From Candidatus Omnitrophota bacterium (GTDB lineage Bacteria > Omnitrophota > Gorgyraeia > Tantalellales > Tantalellaceae), in assembly GCA_041667545.1 (NCBI GenBank), contig JBAYES010000001.1, positions 5,928-69,927 of the forward strand: 64,000 nucleotides of DNA, in the 5' to 3' direction. Positions 20,875-29,221 of the stretch are shown here, piece by piece (position 1 is the stretch's first letter; the number at the start of each line of letters is the position of its first letter). A model generated the notes under the pieces. It was not told the DNA's origin and ran no database searches. It saw nothing but the letters and a program-made list of their open reading frames with translations. Position numbers and translations under genes: made by a program.

Positions 20875-21603
20875 ATGATAGAAGGCGTAAAAGTAAAACA
20901 GCTGAAACTCATCCCGGACGATCGCGGCAGGCTTATGGAAATACTGCGGAAAGACGATGACTTGTTTGCGGAATTCGGACAGGTGTATATGACAACGGCC
21001 TTTCCGGGAGTTGTAAAGGCCTGGCATTTCCACAAAAAGCAAACTGACAATTTTACCTGTATAAGGGGGTGTATGCGTCTCGGTCTGTATGACTCCCGTA
21101 AAACCTCGTCTACATACGGCAAAGTCGAAGAATTCATAATAAGCCTTGATAGCCCGATGCTTGTTCAGATACCACCTGAAGTTTATCACGGGTTCAAGTG
21201 CATAAGCGAGGAAGAAGCTGTAGTAATAAACACGGTAACCGTACCATACGATAAGAACGATCCGGACGAATACAGAGTAGACGCGTTTGAAAATGATATC
21301 CCTTTCGACTGGAACGCCGTCATTGCGAGGCCCGCAGGGCAGAGCAACCCAAAAAACGAGTCGACTGAAACGCCGTCATTGCGAGGCCCGCAGGGCCGAA
21401 GCAACCCAAAAAACGAGTCGACCGAAACGCCGTCATTGCGAGGCCCGCAGGACCGAAGCAACCCAAGGAACGAGTCGACCGAAACGCCGTCATTGCGAGG
21501 CCCGCAGGGCCGAAGCAACCCAAAAAACGAGTCGACCGAAACGCCGTCATTGCGAGGCCCGCAGGGCCGAAGCAACCCAAAAAAACGAGGTAACCTGACA
21601 TGA
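20875..21603 (+). CDS. rfbC: dTDP-4-dehydrorhamnose 3,5-epimerase RmlC with an in-frame tandem-repeat C-terminal extension
   Basis: RmlC cupin core through ...DPDEYRVDAFENDIPFDW. No stop codon follows, and the frame stays open through 5 x 57-bp repeats (NESTETPSLRGPQGRSNPK). It ends at a TGA overlapping the rfbA ATG. Confidence 0.75.
   Translation: MIEGVKVKQLKLIPDDRGRLMEILRKDDDLFAEFGQVYMTTAFPGVVKAWHFHKKQTDNFTCIRGCMRLGLYDSRKTSSTYGKVEEFIISLDSPMLVQIPPEVYHGFKCISEEEAVVINTVTVPYDKNDPDEYRVDAFENDIPFDWNAVIARPAGQSNPKNESTETPSLRGPQGRSNPKNESTETPSLRGPQDRSNPRNESTETPSLRGPQGRSNPKNESTETPSLRGPQGRSNPKKRGNLT
21311..21594 (+). repeat. tandem repeat array A: five copies, unit 57 bp with a 56-bp first copy (GAAACGCCGTCATTGCGAGGCCCGCAGGGCCGAAGCAACCCAAAAAACGAGTCGACC)
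   Basis: Copy starts at 21311, 21367, 21424, 21481 and 21538, identical apart from a few substitutions. The array lies between the rfbC domain end and the rfbA start. Confidence 0.95.
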
Positions 21604-22340
21604 AAGGCATAGTACTCGCGGGGGGGCTCGGAAGCCGTCTTTTTCCTCTCACCAAAATAACCAATAAACATCTTCTTCCGGTTTACGACAAACCCATGAT
21701 CTATTATCCCATAATGACGCTTGTCGACGCTGGCATAACCGAGATAATGGTGGTTACAGGAGGAAACCATGCCGGAAATTTCCTCCGGCTTCTGGGCAAC
21801 GGGACCGAATTCGGCCTTAAAGGAATAAATTACGCTTATCAGGAAAATGAAGGCGGCATAGCCGAAGCCCTCGGACTTGCCGAATACTTTGCCGACAATG
21901 ATAAATGTGTCGTGATCCTGGGAGATAATATTATAGAAAAAAGCATAAAAAAAGAAGTTGAGGAATTTTCCGCGCAGAAAGAAGGCGCGCGTATAATGAT
22001 AAAAGAATCTTCTCACCCGGAAAGATTCGGCGTTGTGGAGTTCGAAGACAACAAAATAAAACGGATAATAGAAAAACCCAAAAACCCGCCCACAAATTAC
22101 ATAGTTACGGGAGTCTATATGTATGACGGCAAGGTTTTCGACTTTATAAAAGGTCTCGATCCCTCCGGCAGAGGGGAACTTGAAATAACGGATGTCAACA
22201 ACATGTATATAGAAAAAGGCCAGATGGAATACTCTATGCTTGACGGCTGGTGGACCGACGCGGGTACGTTTACCTCTCTTCTCAGGGCAAGCAACCTTGT
22301 CGCGGGAAAGGATGCCTCCAAAAACCAAAGCGCGTCATAA
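21600..22340 (+). CDS. rfbA: glucose-1-phosphate thymidylyltransferase RmlA
   Basis: N-terminal MKGIVLAGGLGSRLFPLT nucleotidyltransferase motif. Length and order fit the rml operon. Confidence 0.9.
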   Translation: MKGIVLAGGLGSRLFPLTKITNKHLLPVYDKPMIYYPIMTLVDAGITEIMVVTGGNHAGNFLRLLGNGTEFGLKGINYAYQENEGGIAEALGLAEYFADNDKCVVILGDNIIEKSIKKEVEEFSAQKEGARIMIKESSHPERFGVVEFEDNKIKRIIEKPKNPPTNYIVTGVYMYDGKVFDFIKGLDPSGRGELEITDVNNMYIEKGQMEYSMLDGWWTDAGTFTSLLRASNLVAGKDASKNQSAS

Positions 22341-22391
22341 TATAACTAGATGCAAGCAACCGGGTGCAAGTTCTACCGGCCACCTACCATG

Positions 22392-22418
22392 GACTAATGA
22401 CTATGGACTACACAACGA
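22392..22418. repeat. CCATRGTC repeat, inverted orientation
   Basis: ccatggactaatgactatggactac, the reverse complement of GTAGTCCATAGTCATTAGTCCATGG. Confidence 0.7.
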
Positions 22419-22428
22419 GAGGCGACAT

Positions 22429-23406
22429 ATGAGGCTGCTAATTACGGGAGGCGCGGGGTTCATCGGCTCCAACTTCATACGTCTTACACTTGATAGATAC
22501 AAGGATATAAGGGTAACCAATCTCGATAAACTTACCTATTGCGGCAATTCGGCCAATCTTGAGGACATATCGAAAGATCCGAGATATTCTTTCGTAAAAG
22601 GTGATATCTGCGATAAGGGCCTTATGGAAGATCTCATCTCAGACTCCGACATTATTATCAATTTTGCCGCCGAGACCCATGTGGACAGGTCAATAAAATA
22701 TCCGGATGACTTTATTGTTACCAATATTTACGGTACAAAAACCCTTCTTGAGGCCGCCCGTAAGAGCGGCATCTCAAAATTCATACAGATAGGGACAGAT
22801 GAGGTCTATGGGAGCGTGCCGGAAGGCCTTTCCGCGGAAAGGGATACTTTAAGGCCCAATAGCCCTTATTCGGCGACAAAAGCTTCGGCCGACCTTTTGG
22901 CTCTTTCTTACTACACGACTTACGGCCTTCCCGTAATAGTTACAAGAAGCTCCAATAATTTCGGGCCGTACCAATTCCCGGAAAAAGTGATACCGCTTTT
23001 TATAACCAATCTTATAGACGGGCGTAAGGTCCCGCTTTACGGGGACGGCGGCAATATCAGGGACTGGATATTCGTCGGCGACAATTGCGAGGGCATAGAC
23101 GTTATAATGCGTAAGGGCAAACCCGGAGAGATCTATAATATCGGCGGAGGCAATCATCTTTCCAACAAGGAACTTACCTATGCGATACTGTCGGCGATGG
23201 GGAAGGGGGAGGACTCTATAGAGTATGTAAAAGACAGGCCCGGCCATGACAGGAGATATGCTCTTGACTCTTCTAAGGCGGGGAAACTTGGATGGACCGC
23301 GTCTTCAGATCTTAACGGAGACATCCAAAGGACCATAAAGTGGTACAAAGATAATGAGTCCTGGTGGCGTGAACTGAAAAAGAAAGCCGAAATAATCACC
23401 TGGTAG
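22429..23406 (+). CDS. rfbB: dTDP-glucose 4,6-dehydratase RmlB
   Basis: MRLLITGGAGFIGSNF Rossmann start and the YSATKAS catalytic motif. The 6-frame ORF extends upstream to 22240, but the conserved N-terminus begins at ATG 22429. Confidence 0.9.
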   Translation: MRLLITGGAGFIGSNFIRLTLDRYKDIRVTNLDKLTYCGNSANLEDISKDPRYSFVKGDICDKGLMEDLISDSDIIINFAAETHVDRSIKYPDDFIVTNIYGTKTLLEAARKSGISKFIQIGTDEVYGSVPEGLSAERDTLRPNSPYSATKASADLLALSYYTTYGLPVIVTRSSNNFGPYQFPEKVIPLFITNLIDGRKVPLYGDGGNIRDWIFVGDNCEGIDVIMRKGKPGEIYNIGGGNHLSNKELTYAILSAMGKGEDSIEYVKDRPGHDRRYALDSSKAGKLGWTASSDLNGDIQRTIKWYKDNESWWRELKKKAEIITW

Positions 23407-23436
23407 CGTAAAAGATCTTCAGGGAACATAAGTTTT

Positions 23437-24342
23437 ATGAAAATACTTATAACAGGGTCCGGCGGGATGCTGGGGCGGGAACTTCGCGGCGTTCTTTCAA
23501 AGGGAGAAAATGAAATAGCCGGGTTGGACATTGCTTTGACGGATATGGCGAAGCCCGAACCGGGAGTTTTTTATAATGTTAACATAAACGATGCCGAAGA
23601 GATCAAGAAGGTCTTTGAAAAAGAAAAACCGGATATAGTTATTCATACAGCGGCCTGGACAGATGTGGACGGCTCTGAGAAAGATCCCGAAAAGGCGCGT
23701 AAGATAAATGTCGAGGGGACTGTTAATGTAGCCGAATCGGCTCGGAAACATTCCGCTGACCTCTTATATATCAGTACGGATTTTGTTTTTGACGGCGGGA
23801 AAAACGCTCCGTATACGGAACTTGACGAGTGTGCTCCCCTAAGTGTTTACGCTAAGACGAAATGGGAAGGAGAGAACAAGGTCAGAGGATCTCTGGAAAA
23901 TTATGCCATAGTAAGAACAAGCTGGCTTTTCGGCCCCGGGGGAAAGAACTTCGTTAAAGCCATAGTATCAAGATCTAAAGACCACAAAACGATACAGGTA
24001 GTGAACGATCAGACGGGTTCTCCGACATACACAAAGGATCTGGCCGATAGCGTAAAGAAACTTCTTGAGAAGGGGATAAAAGGCGGGGAAATATACCATG
24101 TATGTAATTCAGGCCAATGTTCCTGGTATGAGTTCGCCCTTAAGATAAAAGATCTTGTGCCCGAGATGAAAGATGTAAATATTGTACCCTTGTCTTCCGT
24201 CGAACTTGGCCGCTCGGCCCCAAGGCCCGCGTATTCCGTAATGAACACAAGCAAGTTCCGGGAACATACTGGCATGAGTCTAAGGAATTGGCAAGAAGCG
24301 CTGGAAGAGTACCTATGCGAAGAGGGAAGGGCAAAGAGGTAA
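23437..24342 (+). CDS. rfbD: dTDP-4-dehydrorhamnose reductase RmlD
   Basis: MKILITGSGGMLG N-terminus and RmlD-like length. The stop TAA is embedded in GGTAAGGGG. Confidence 0.85.
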   Translation: MKILITGSGGMLGRELRGVLSKGENEIAGLDIALTDMAKPEPGVFYNVNINDAEEIKKVFEKEKPDIVIHTAAWTDVDGSEKDPEKARKINVEGTVNVAESARKHSADLLYISTDFVFDGGKNAPYTELDECAPLSVYAKTKWEGENKVRGSLENYAIVRTSWLFGPGGKNFVKAIVSRSKDHKTIQVVNDQTGSPTYTKDLADSVKKLLEKGIKGGEIYHVCNSGQCSWYEFALKIKDLVPEMKDVNIVPLSSVELGRSAPRPAYSVMNTSKFREHTGMSLRNWQEALEEYLCEEGRAKR

Positions 24343-24372
24343 GGGGTAAGGGCGAAGAGGGAAGGGCAGAGA
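24320..24372 (+). repeat. purine-rich GGTAAGGGG/CGAAGAGGG tract overlapping the rfbD stop codon
   Basis: gaagagggaagggcaaagaggtaaggggtaagggcgaagagggaagggcagag. Similar tracts at 2625-2690, 27034-27060, 29953-30062 and 32866-32925. Confidence 0.85.
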
Positions 24373-24465
24373 GCGAAGGGTTATGCGGAATAGCGTTTTT
24401 CACGTCGTTGCGAGGGAGCGAAGGGTTATGCGGAATAGCGTTTTTCACGTCGTTGCGAGGGAGCG
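24373..24465 (+). repeat. tandem repeat array B: two copies of a 45-bp unit ending in CGTCGTTGCGAGGGAG
   Basis: Unit gcgaagggttatgcggaatagcgtttttcacgtcgttgcgagggag starts at 24373 and 24418. It is followed by GCGACCGAAGCAATCTAATAAAATAAAAATAAG. Confidence 0.9.
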
Positions 24466-24503
24466 AAGCGACCGAAGCAATCTAATAAAATAAAAATAAG
24501 AAG
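24447..24503 (+). promoter_or_regulatory. conserved terminal element CGTCGTTGCGAGG...CCGAAGCAATCTAATAAAATAAAAATAAG, copy 1 of 3
   Basis: The CCGAAGCAATYTAATAAAATAAAAATAA tail recurs almost exactly at 30106-30141 and 32957-32992. Confidence 0.7.
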
Positions 24504-24535
24504 TCGGAGAGCAAAGAGGTAAGAGGAAAGGGTAG

Positions 24536-24572
24536 TCCATAGACCATAGTCGATAGTCCATGGTTTGGGAAC
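24536..24572. repeat. CCATRGTC short repeats, fourth occurrence
   Basis: ggtagtccatagaccatagtcgatagtccatggtttgg. Confidence 0.8.
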
Positions 24573-24587
24573 ATGACTCCGGGTCTC

Positions 24588-24628
24588 GTGCCAGGTTCAC
24601 AAAAGCGGGTTCCCATTACGAACCTGGC
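24588..24628 (+). promoter_or_regulatory. conserved 42-nt upstream element, copy 2
   Basis: gtgccaggttcacaaaagcgggttcccattacgaacctggc, about 70 nt upstream of the 24699 start. Confidence 0.75.
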
Positions 24629-24698
24629 GAAGGGCGGAACGCCCCCGCCGTCATCCTGAGGAGCCGAAGGCGACGAAGGATCCCAAAAAAGGAAAACA

Positions 24699-26012
24699 AT
24701 GAACACACATGCAGCATTAAAACAAAAGATCAAGAATAAAACCGCCACTGTGGGTGTCATCGGCCTCGGTTATGTCGGCCTTCCCATGGCCGTGCAGTTC
24801 GCCCGAAAAGGATTTGACGTTCGAGGTATAGACTTAAGCGCAAAACGTATAGCCAGATTGAAAAAAGGCGTTTCCTACATTGGCGACATATCGGACGCGG
24901 CGATAAAAGAAGCCCTCACATCCAAAAAATTCACCGTAACATCGGACGCTAAGCACTTAAAAAAATGCGATGTTGTTATAGTCTGCGTACCCACTCCCAT
25001 AAATAAGGCCCTGAAACCCGATATCTCATACATACTCTCAGCCGCGAAAGTAATGAAAGAGAATATCCGGCCCGGCCAGCTTTTTGTGCTTGAAAGTACA
25101 ACATACCCCGGAACTACGCGGGAGGTTCTTTTGCCCATACTTTCCGGAAAGAAACTTACGGCGGGCAACGATTTTTTTCTTGCCTTTTCTCCCGAAAGAA
25201 TAGATCCGGGTAATCCAAAATATGATTTTTCCAATATACCCAAGCTTGTCGGCGGTATTACCGGTAAATGCACGGAACTTGCCAAACTTCTTTACCGGCA
25301 AGTCACTGAAAAGGTAATAGGCCTTTCTTCTCCCGAGACGGCGGAGGTAACCAAACTGCTTGAAAACTCATTCCGGATAGTTAATATCGGACTCATAAAC
25401 GAATTCGCGAATTTATGCCACAAACTAGACATAGACGTATGGGAAGTTATTGAAGCGGCAAAAACAAAACCCTTCGGTTACATGCCTTTTTATCCCGGCC
25501 CGGGAGTGGGCGGGCACTGCATACCTGCCGATCCCATGTACCTTTCATGGAAAGCCAGGAAGGTGGGTTTTGAGACAAGGATGATAGACCTTGCCGCTAA
25601 AGTCAACATAAACGCTCCACGTCATATAGTGGAAAGGATAAGCGCAATTCTAAAAAAATACGGGAAAAAGATAAAAAACTCTAAAATACTTATCCTGGGA
25701 GCGGCATATAAAAAAAATATAAACGATCTCAGGGAGTCGCCCGCGCTGGATGTAATGAAGGCGCTGGACAATAAAAAGGCGAAATGGGCGTATAGTGACG
25801 CGTATATCCCGTATTTGGACATACATGGTCTTAAGTCCAAAAGCGTTAAACTTTCACCAAACCTTGTCAAAAAACAGGATCTTGTCGTGATACTAACAGA
25901 CCACAGCAATGTAGATTACAAAATGGTAGCCAAGAACTCGAAAAGGATCTTTGATACACGTAATATAACAGGCAGATCAGGAATAAAAGGGGACAATATC
26001 GTCAAGTTATGA
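24699..26012 (+). CDS. nucleotide-sugar dehydrogenase of the UDP-GlcNAc/UDP-ManNAc 6-dehydrogenase type (WbpA/WecC/TviB-like)
   Basis: N-terminal VGVIGLGYVGLP Rossmann motif and catalytic GGHCIP. The 437-aa length is typical of the TviB/WecC clade. Confidence 0.85.
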   Translation: MNTHAALKQKIKNKTATVGVIGLGYVGLPMAVQFARKGFDVRGIDLSAKRIARLKKGVSYIGDISDAAIKEALTSKKFTVTSDAKHLKKCDVVIVCVPTPINKALKPDISYILSAAKVMKENIRPGQLFVLESTTYPGTTREVLLPILSGKKLTAGNDFFLAFSPERIDPGNPKYDFSNIPKLVGGITGKCTELAKLLYRQVTEKVIGLSSPETAEVTKLLENSFRIVNIGLINEFANLCHKLDIDVWEVIEAAKTKPFGYMPFYPGPGVGGHCIPADPMYLSWKARKVGFETRMIDLAAKVNINAPRHIVERISAILKKYGKKIKNSKILILGAAYKKNINDLRESPALDVMKALDNKKAKWAYSDAYIPYLDIHGLKSKSVKLSPNLVKKQDLVVILTDHSNVDYKMVAKNSKRIFDTRNITGRSGIKGDNIVKL

Positions 26013-26016
26013 TCTT

Positions 26017-26058
26017 GTGCCGGGTTAACAAAAGCAGGTTCTCATTACGAACCTGGCA
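26017..26058 (+). promoter_or_regulatory. conserved 42-nt upstream element, copy 3
   Basis: gtgccgggttaacaaaagcaggttctcattacgaacctggca, starting 5 nt after the upstream stop and about 45 nt before the 26104 start. Confidence 0.75.
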
Positions 26059-26103
26059 TAAAAAAGCGCAACTTCTCTCGCGGTCAAAAAAAAGGAGTCA
26101 CAC

Positions 26104-27036
26104 ATGTCTAAATACCTTGTAACAGGCGGAGCCGGATTTATAGGGTCTAACATTGTAGAAGAACTCGTTTCCCGGGGAGAAATCGTACGCGTTCTGGACA
26201 ATCTTTCAACCGGCTTCGAAGAGCATATCGCTCCTTTCATGGACAAGATAGAGTTCCAAAAAGGCGACATCAGAAAAGAGGAAGATGTGAAGAAGGCTGT
26301 TTCGGGAATGGATTACGTTATTCATCAGGCGGCTTTAAGAAGCGTAGCTAAAAGCGTAGAGGCCCCGGTGCCGACCAATGACGTCAATGTATGGGGAACT
26401 CTTAACATGCTTCTTATCTCCGTAGAAAATAAAATAAAAAGGTTTGTTTACGCTTCTTCGAGTTCGGCTTACGGCGACTGTGATGTTTTTCCCGAGCATG
26501 AGGGGCTTTGTCCCAACCCGATATCTCCATACGCGGTGAGCAAACTTGCCGGAGAGCATTATGCCAGGATGTTTACTCACACAATGGGCCTGGAAACCGT
26601 AAGCCTGCGTTATTTCAACGTATTCGGACCGCGTCAGAATCCGGAATCTAAGTATTCGGCGGTAATTCCGGCATTTATTGACAGGCTTGTAAAGAATGAA
26701 CCGTGCATTATAGACGGAACAGGGGAACAGTCCAGGGATTTTACTTATGTAAAGAACGTCGTCGACGCAAATATAGCTTCATGTCATGCAAAAGGCGTTT
26801 CCGGAATGGTTTTCAACGTAGCGTGCGGAGAAAGTTATTCTGTGAACGAAACGGCAAGATCCATCGCCAAAATTCTGGGTAAGAATATTTCCCCAGTATA
26901 CGGCCCGAAAAGAAAGGGAGATGTACTAAAAACCTATGCCGACATAACGGCGCTGAAAGAGAAACTGGGAGTCACTCCGGAAGTAGGCTTTTACGAAGGC
27001 CTGGAAAAAACAGTTAAGTGGTTCGTAGAGAAGTAA
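26104..27036 (+). CDS. NAD-dependent nucleotide-sugar 4-epimerase (WbpP/TviC-like)
   Basis: YLVTGGAGFIGSN Rossmann motif and catalytic YAVSKLA (YxxxK). Pairs with the upstream TviB-like dehydrogenase. Confidence 0.8.
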   Translation: MSKYLVTGGAGFIGSNIVEELVSRGEIVRVLDNLSTGFEEHIAPFMDKIEFQKGDIRKEEDVKKAVSGMDYVIHQAALRSVAKSVEAPVPTNDVNVWGTLNMLLISVENKIKRFVYASSSSAYGDCDVFPEHEGLCPNPISPYAVSKLAGEHYARMFTHTMGLETVSLRYFNVFGPRQNPESKYSAVIPAFIDRLVKNEPCIIDGTGEQSRDFTYVKNVVDANIASCHAKGVSGMVFNVACGESYSVNETARSIAKILGKNISPVYGPKRKGDVLKTYADITALKEKLGVTPEVGFYEGLEKTVKWFVEK

Positions 27037-27069
27037 GGGTGAGGGCAAAGAGGTAAGGGGCACAAAGCC

Positions 27070-27366
27070 CCGTCATTGCGAGGAATGAACGAAGTGAGTG
27101 ACGAACCAAACGCGTCTTCTCCGTCATTGCGAGGAACGAACGAAGTGAGTGACGAACCAAACGCGTCTTCTCCGTCATTGCGAGGAACGAACGAAGTGAG
27201 TGACGAACCAAACGCGTTTTCTCCGTCATTGCGAGGAACGAACGAAGTGAGTGACGAACCAAACGCGTTTTCTCCGTCATTGCGAGGAACGAACGAAGTG
27301 AGTGACGAATCAAACGCGTTTTCTCCGTCATTGCGAGGAACGAACGAAGTGAGTGACGAAGCAAAC
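27070..27366 (+). repeat. tandem repeat array C: about 5.8 copies of a 51-bp unit CCGTCATTGCGAGGAACGAACGAAGTGAGTGACGAACCAAACGCGTCTTCT
   Basis: Copy starts at 27070, 27121, 27172, 27223, 27274 and 27325. The last copy ends ...GACGAAGCAAACTAAATAAACATG at the carbamoyltransferase start. Confidence 0.95.
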
Positions 27367-27375
27367 TAAATAAAC

Positions 27376-29205
27376 ATGAAAAACAACAAAACCTACATAT
27401 TAGGAATATCCGCTTACTATCACGACGCGGCAGCGGTTCTCCTGGAAGACGGCAATATTATCGCAGCCGCCCAGGAAGAGCGGTTCACCCGCAAAAAGCA
27501 CGACCCGTCATTTCCTCTGAAGGCGGTTGAATATTGTCTTACCGGTGCCGATATCAAAATAGAAGACGTTGACATTGTGGCTTTCTACGATAAACCCTTT
27601 CTCAAATTCGAAAGGCTTCTCGAAACTTATGTGGCCTACGCGCCTTTCGGCATAAGATCTTTCATACAGGCCATGCCTCCCTGGGTAAAACAGAAACTCT
27701 TCATGAAAGAGCATATAAAAAGCGAACTCGGATACAAGGGTAGAATAATATTCCCCGAACATCACCATTCCCACGCTTCAAGCGCGTTCTACCCCTCGCC
27801 TTTCGAGGAAGCGGCCATACTTACGGTTGACGGTGTGGGAGAATGGGCCACGGCAAGCATAGCAAAAGGCAGCGGCAGCAAGCTGGAACTTTTAAAAGAG
27901 ATAAAGTTCCCGCATTCCCTGGGGCTTCTTTATTCGGCGTTCACTTACTATTGCGGGTTCAGGGTAAATTCCGGAGAGTATAAACTTATGGGGCTTGCCC
28001 CCTATGGCGAACCTAAATACGCGGAACTCATAACGGACAAACTTATTGACATTAAGGATGACGGATCGTTCAAGCTTGATCTCAGATATTTTAACTATTG
28101 TACAGGCCTTACCATGACGAACAGGAAATTCCATTCTCTTTTCGGCGGCCCGCCAAGAAAGAAAGAAGGCGCGCTTCTTCAAAAACATATGGATATAGCC
28201 CGTTCCATACAGGATGTGACCGAAACAGTTATCATGAAGATGGCAAAATATACCCGCAACCTTACAGACTGCCGCGATCTTTGCATGGCGGGAGGCGTAG
28301 CCCTGAACTGTGTGGCGAACGGCAAGATGGTTCGGGAAGGACTTTTTGACAATATATGGATACAGCCGGCTTCATCCGATGCCGGAGGCGCCCTCGGCGC
28401 GGCTTTGGCAGCATGGCATGAGTGTATGGGCCGGGAAAGGCCGGTAGATCATGGGCGTGACTCGCAAAAGGCAAGTTTACTCGGACCGGAGTTTTCCGAC
28501 AGTGAGATAGAGGGCTATCTCATCAAGGAAAAGATTCCTTATAACAAGGTCCCTCCGGAAGAGATCTCAAAACGAACGGCTGATCTTATAGCTTCGGAGA
28601 ATGTTATCGGCTGGTTTCAGGGAAGAATGGAATTCGGGCCGAGAGCCCTTGGCGCCAGAAGTATTCTGGGAGACCCGAGATCCGAGAAAATGCAGTCTTT
28701 AATAAACCGAAAGATAAAATTCAGGGAATCCTTCAGGCCGTTCGCGCCCAGTATTCTACTTGAATCCGCGAAAGAATATTTCAGCATGGAAGGTGAAAGT
28801 CCGTACATGCTTATGGTGTTCCCGGTATCCGAAAATAAAAGAGTGAAAAATACTTCAGGAGAAGAACTATTTGGAATAAACAAACTCAAGGAAAAACGCT
28901 CGCTTGTCCCGGCCATAACCCATGTAGATAACTCCGCGAGAGTCCAGACAGTTAAACAGGAGGATAATCCGGCATATTACGATCTTATAAATGAGTTCAA
29001 GGTGAGGCACAACTGTCCACTTGTCATAAACACATCTTTTAACGTCAGGGGAGAACCCATAGTCTGCACACCGGCAGACGCCTACAGATGTTTTATGCGT
29101 ACCAATATGGATTATCTTGTAATGGGTAATTTTATTATCGACAAAAAAGATCAGGATCCTTCAAGAATAAAGCTTGAAGAAGTCAATAATTTTGAATTAG
29201 ACTGA
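27376..29205 (+). CDS. carbamoyltransferase (NodU/CmcH/SxtI family)
   Basis: N-terminal ILGISAYYHDAAAVLL, the HHHSHASSAF metal motif and a C-terminal YrdC-like domain. The protein is 609 aa. Confidence 0.85.
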   Translation: MKNNKTYILGISAYYHDAAAVLLEDGNIIAAAQEERFTRKKHDPSFPLKAVEYCLTGADIKIEDVDIVAFYDKPFLKFERLLETYVAYAPFGIRSFIQAMPPWVKQKLFMKEHIKSELGYKGRIIFPEHHHSHASSAFYPSPFEEAAILTVDGVGEWATASIAKGSGSKLELLKEIKFPHSLGLLYSAFTYYCGFRVNSGEYKLMGLAPYGEPKYAELITDKLIDIKDDGSFKLDLRYFNYCTGLTMTNRKFHSLFGGPPRKKEGALLQKHMDIARSIQDVTETVIMKMAKYTRNLTDCRDLCMAGGVALNCVANGKMVREGLFDNIWIQPASSDAGGALGAALAAWHECMGRERPVDHGRDSQKASLLGPEFSDSEIEGYLIKEKIPYNKVPPEEISKRTADLIASENVIGWFQGRMEFGPRALGARSILGDPRSEKMQSLINRKIKFRESFRPFAPSILLESAKEYFSMEGESPYMLMVFPVSENKRVKNTSGEELFGINKLKEKRSLVPAITHVDNSARVQTVKQEDNPAYYDLINEFKVRHNCPLVINTSFNVRGEPIVCTPADAYRCFMRTNMDYLVMGNFIIDKKDQDPSRIKLEEVNNFELD

Positions 29206-29221
29206 CCAGTGGCGGGAGAAT

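Noticed and set aside
21186-22328. A 380-aa minus-strand ORF spanning the whole rfbA gene and array A.
   Set aside because: It is antisense to a strongly supported RmlA gene. Its N-terminal part is just the repeat array translated on the opposite strand, and it has no recognisable domain. I treat it as an artefact of stop-poor composition.
22240-22428. The N-terminal extension of the rfbB ORF, which the 6-frame ORF starts at 22240.
   Set aside because: The extension is low-complexity (…TAGGPTRVRLPLFSG…), overlaps the rfbA 3' end and intergenic repeats, and precedes the canonical MRLLITGGAGFIG start at 22429.
27014-27364. Minus-strand ORFs across repeat arrays C and D (27014..27364 and 31100..31405) encoding repetitive peptides.
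   Set aside because: Both strands are open only because the repeat unit lacks stop triplets. No start context or SD is present and no domain is recognisable. Openness on both strands argues for compositional rather than coding origin.
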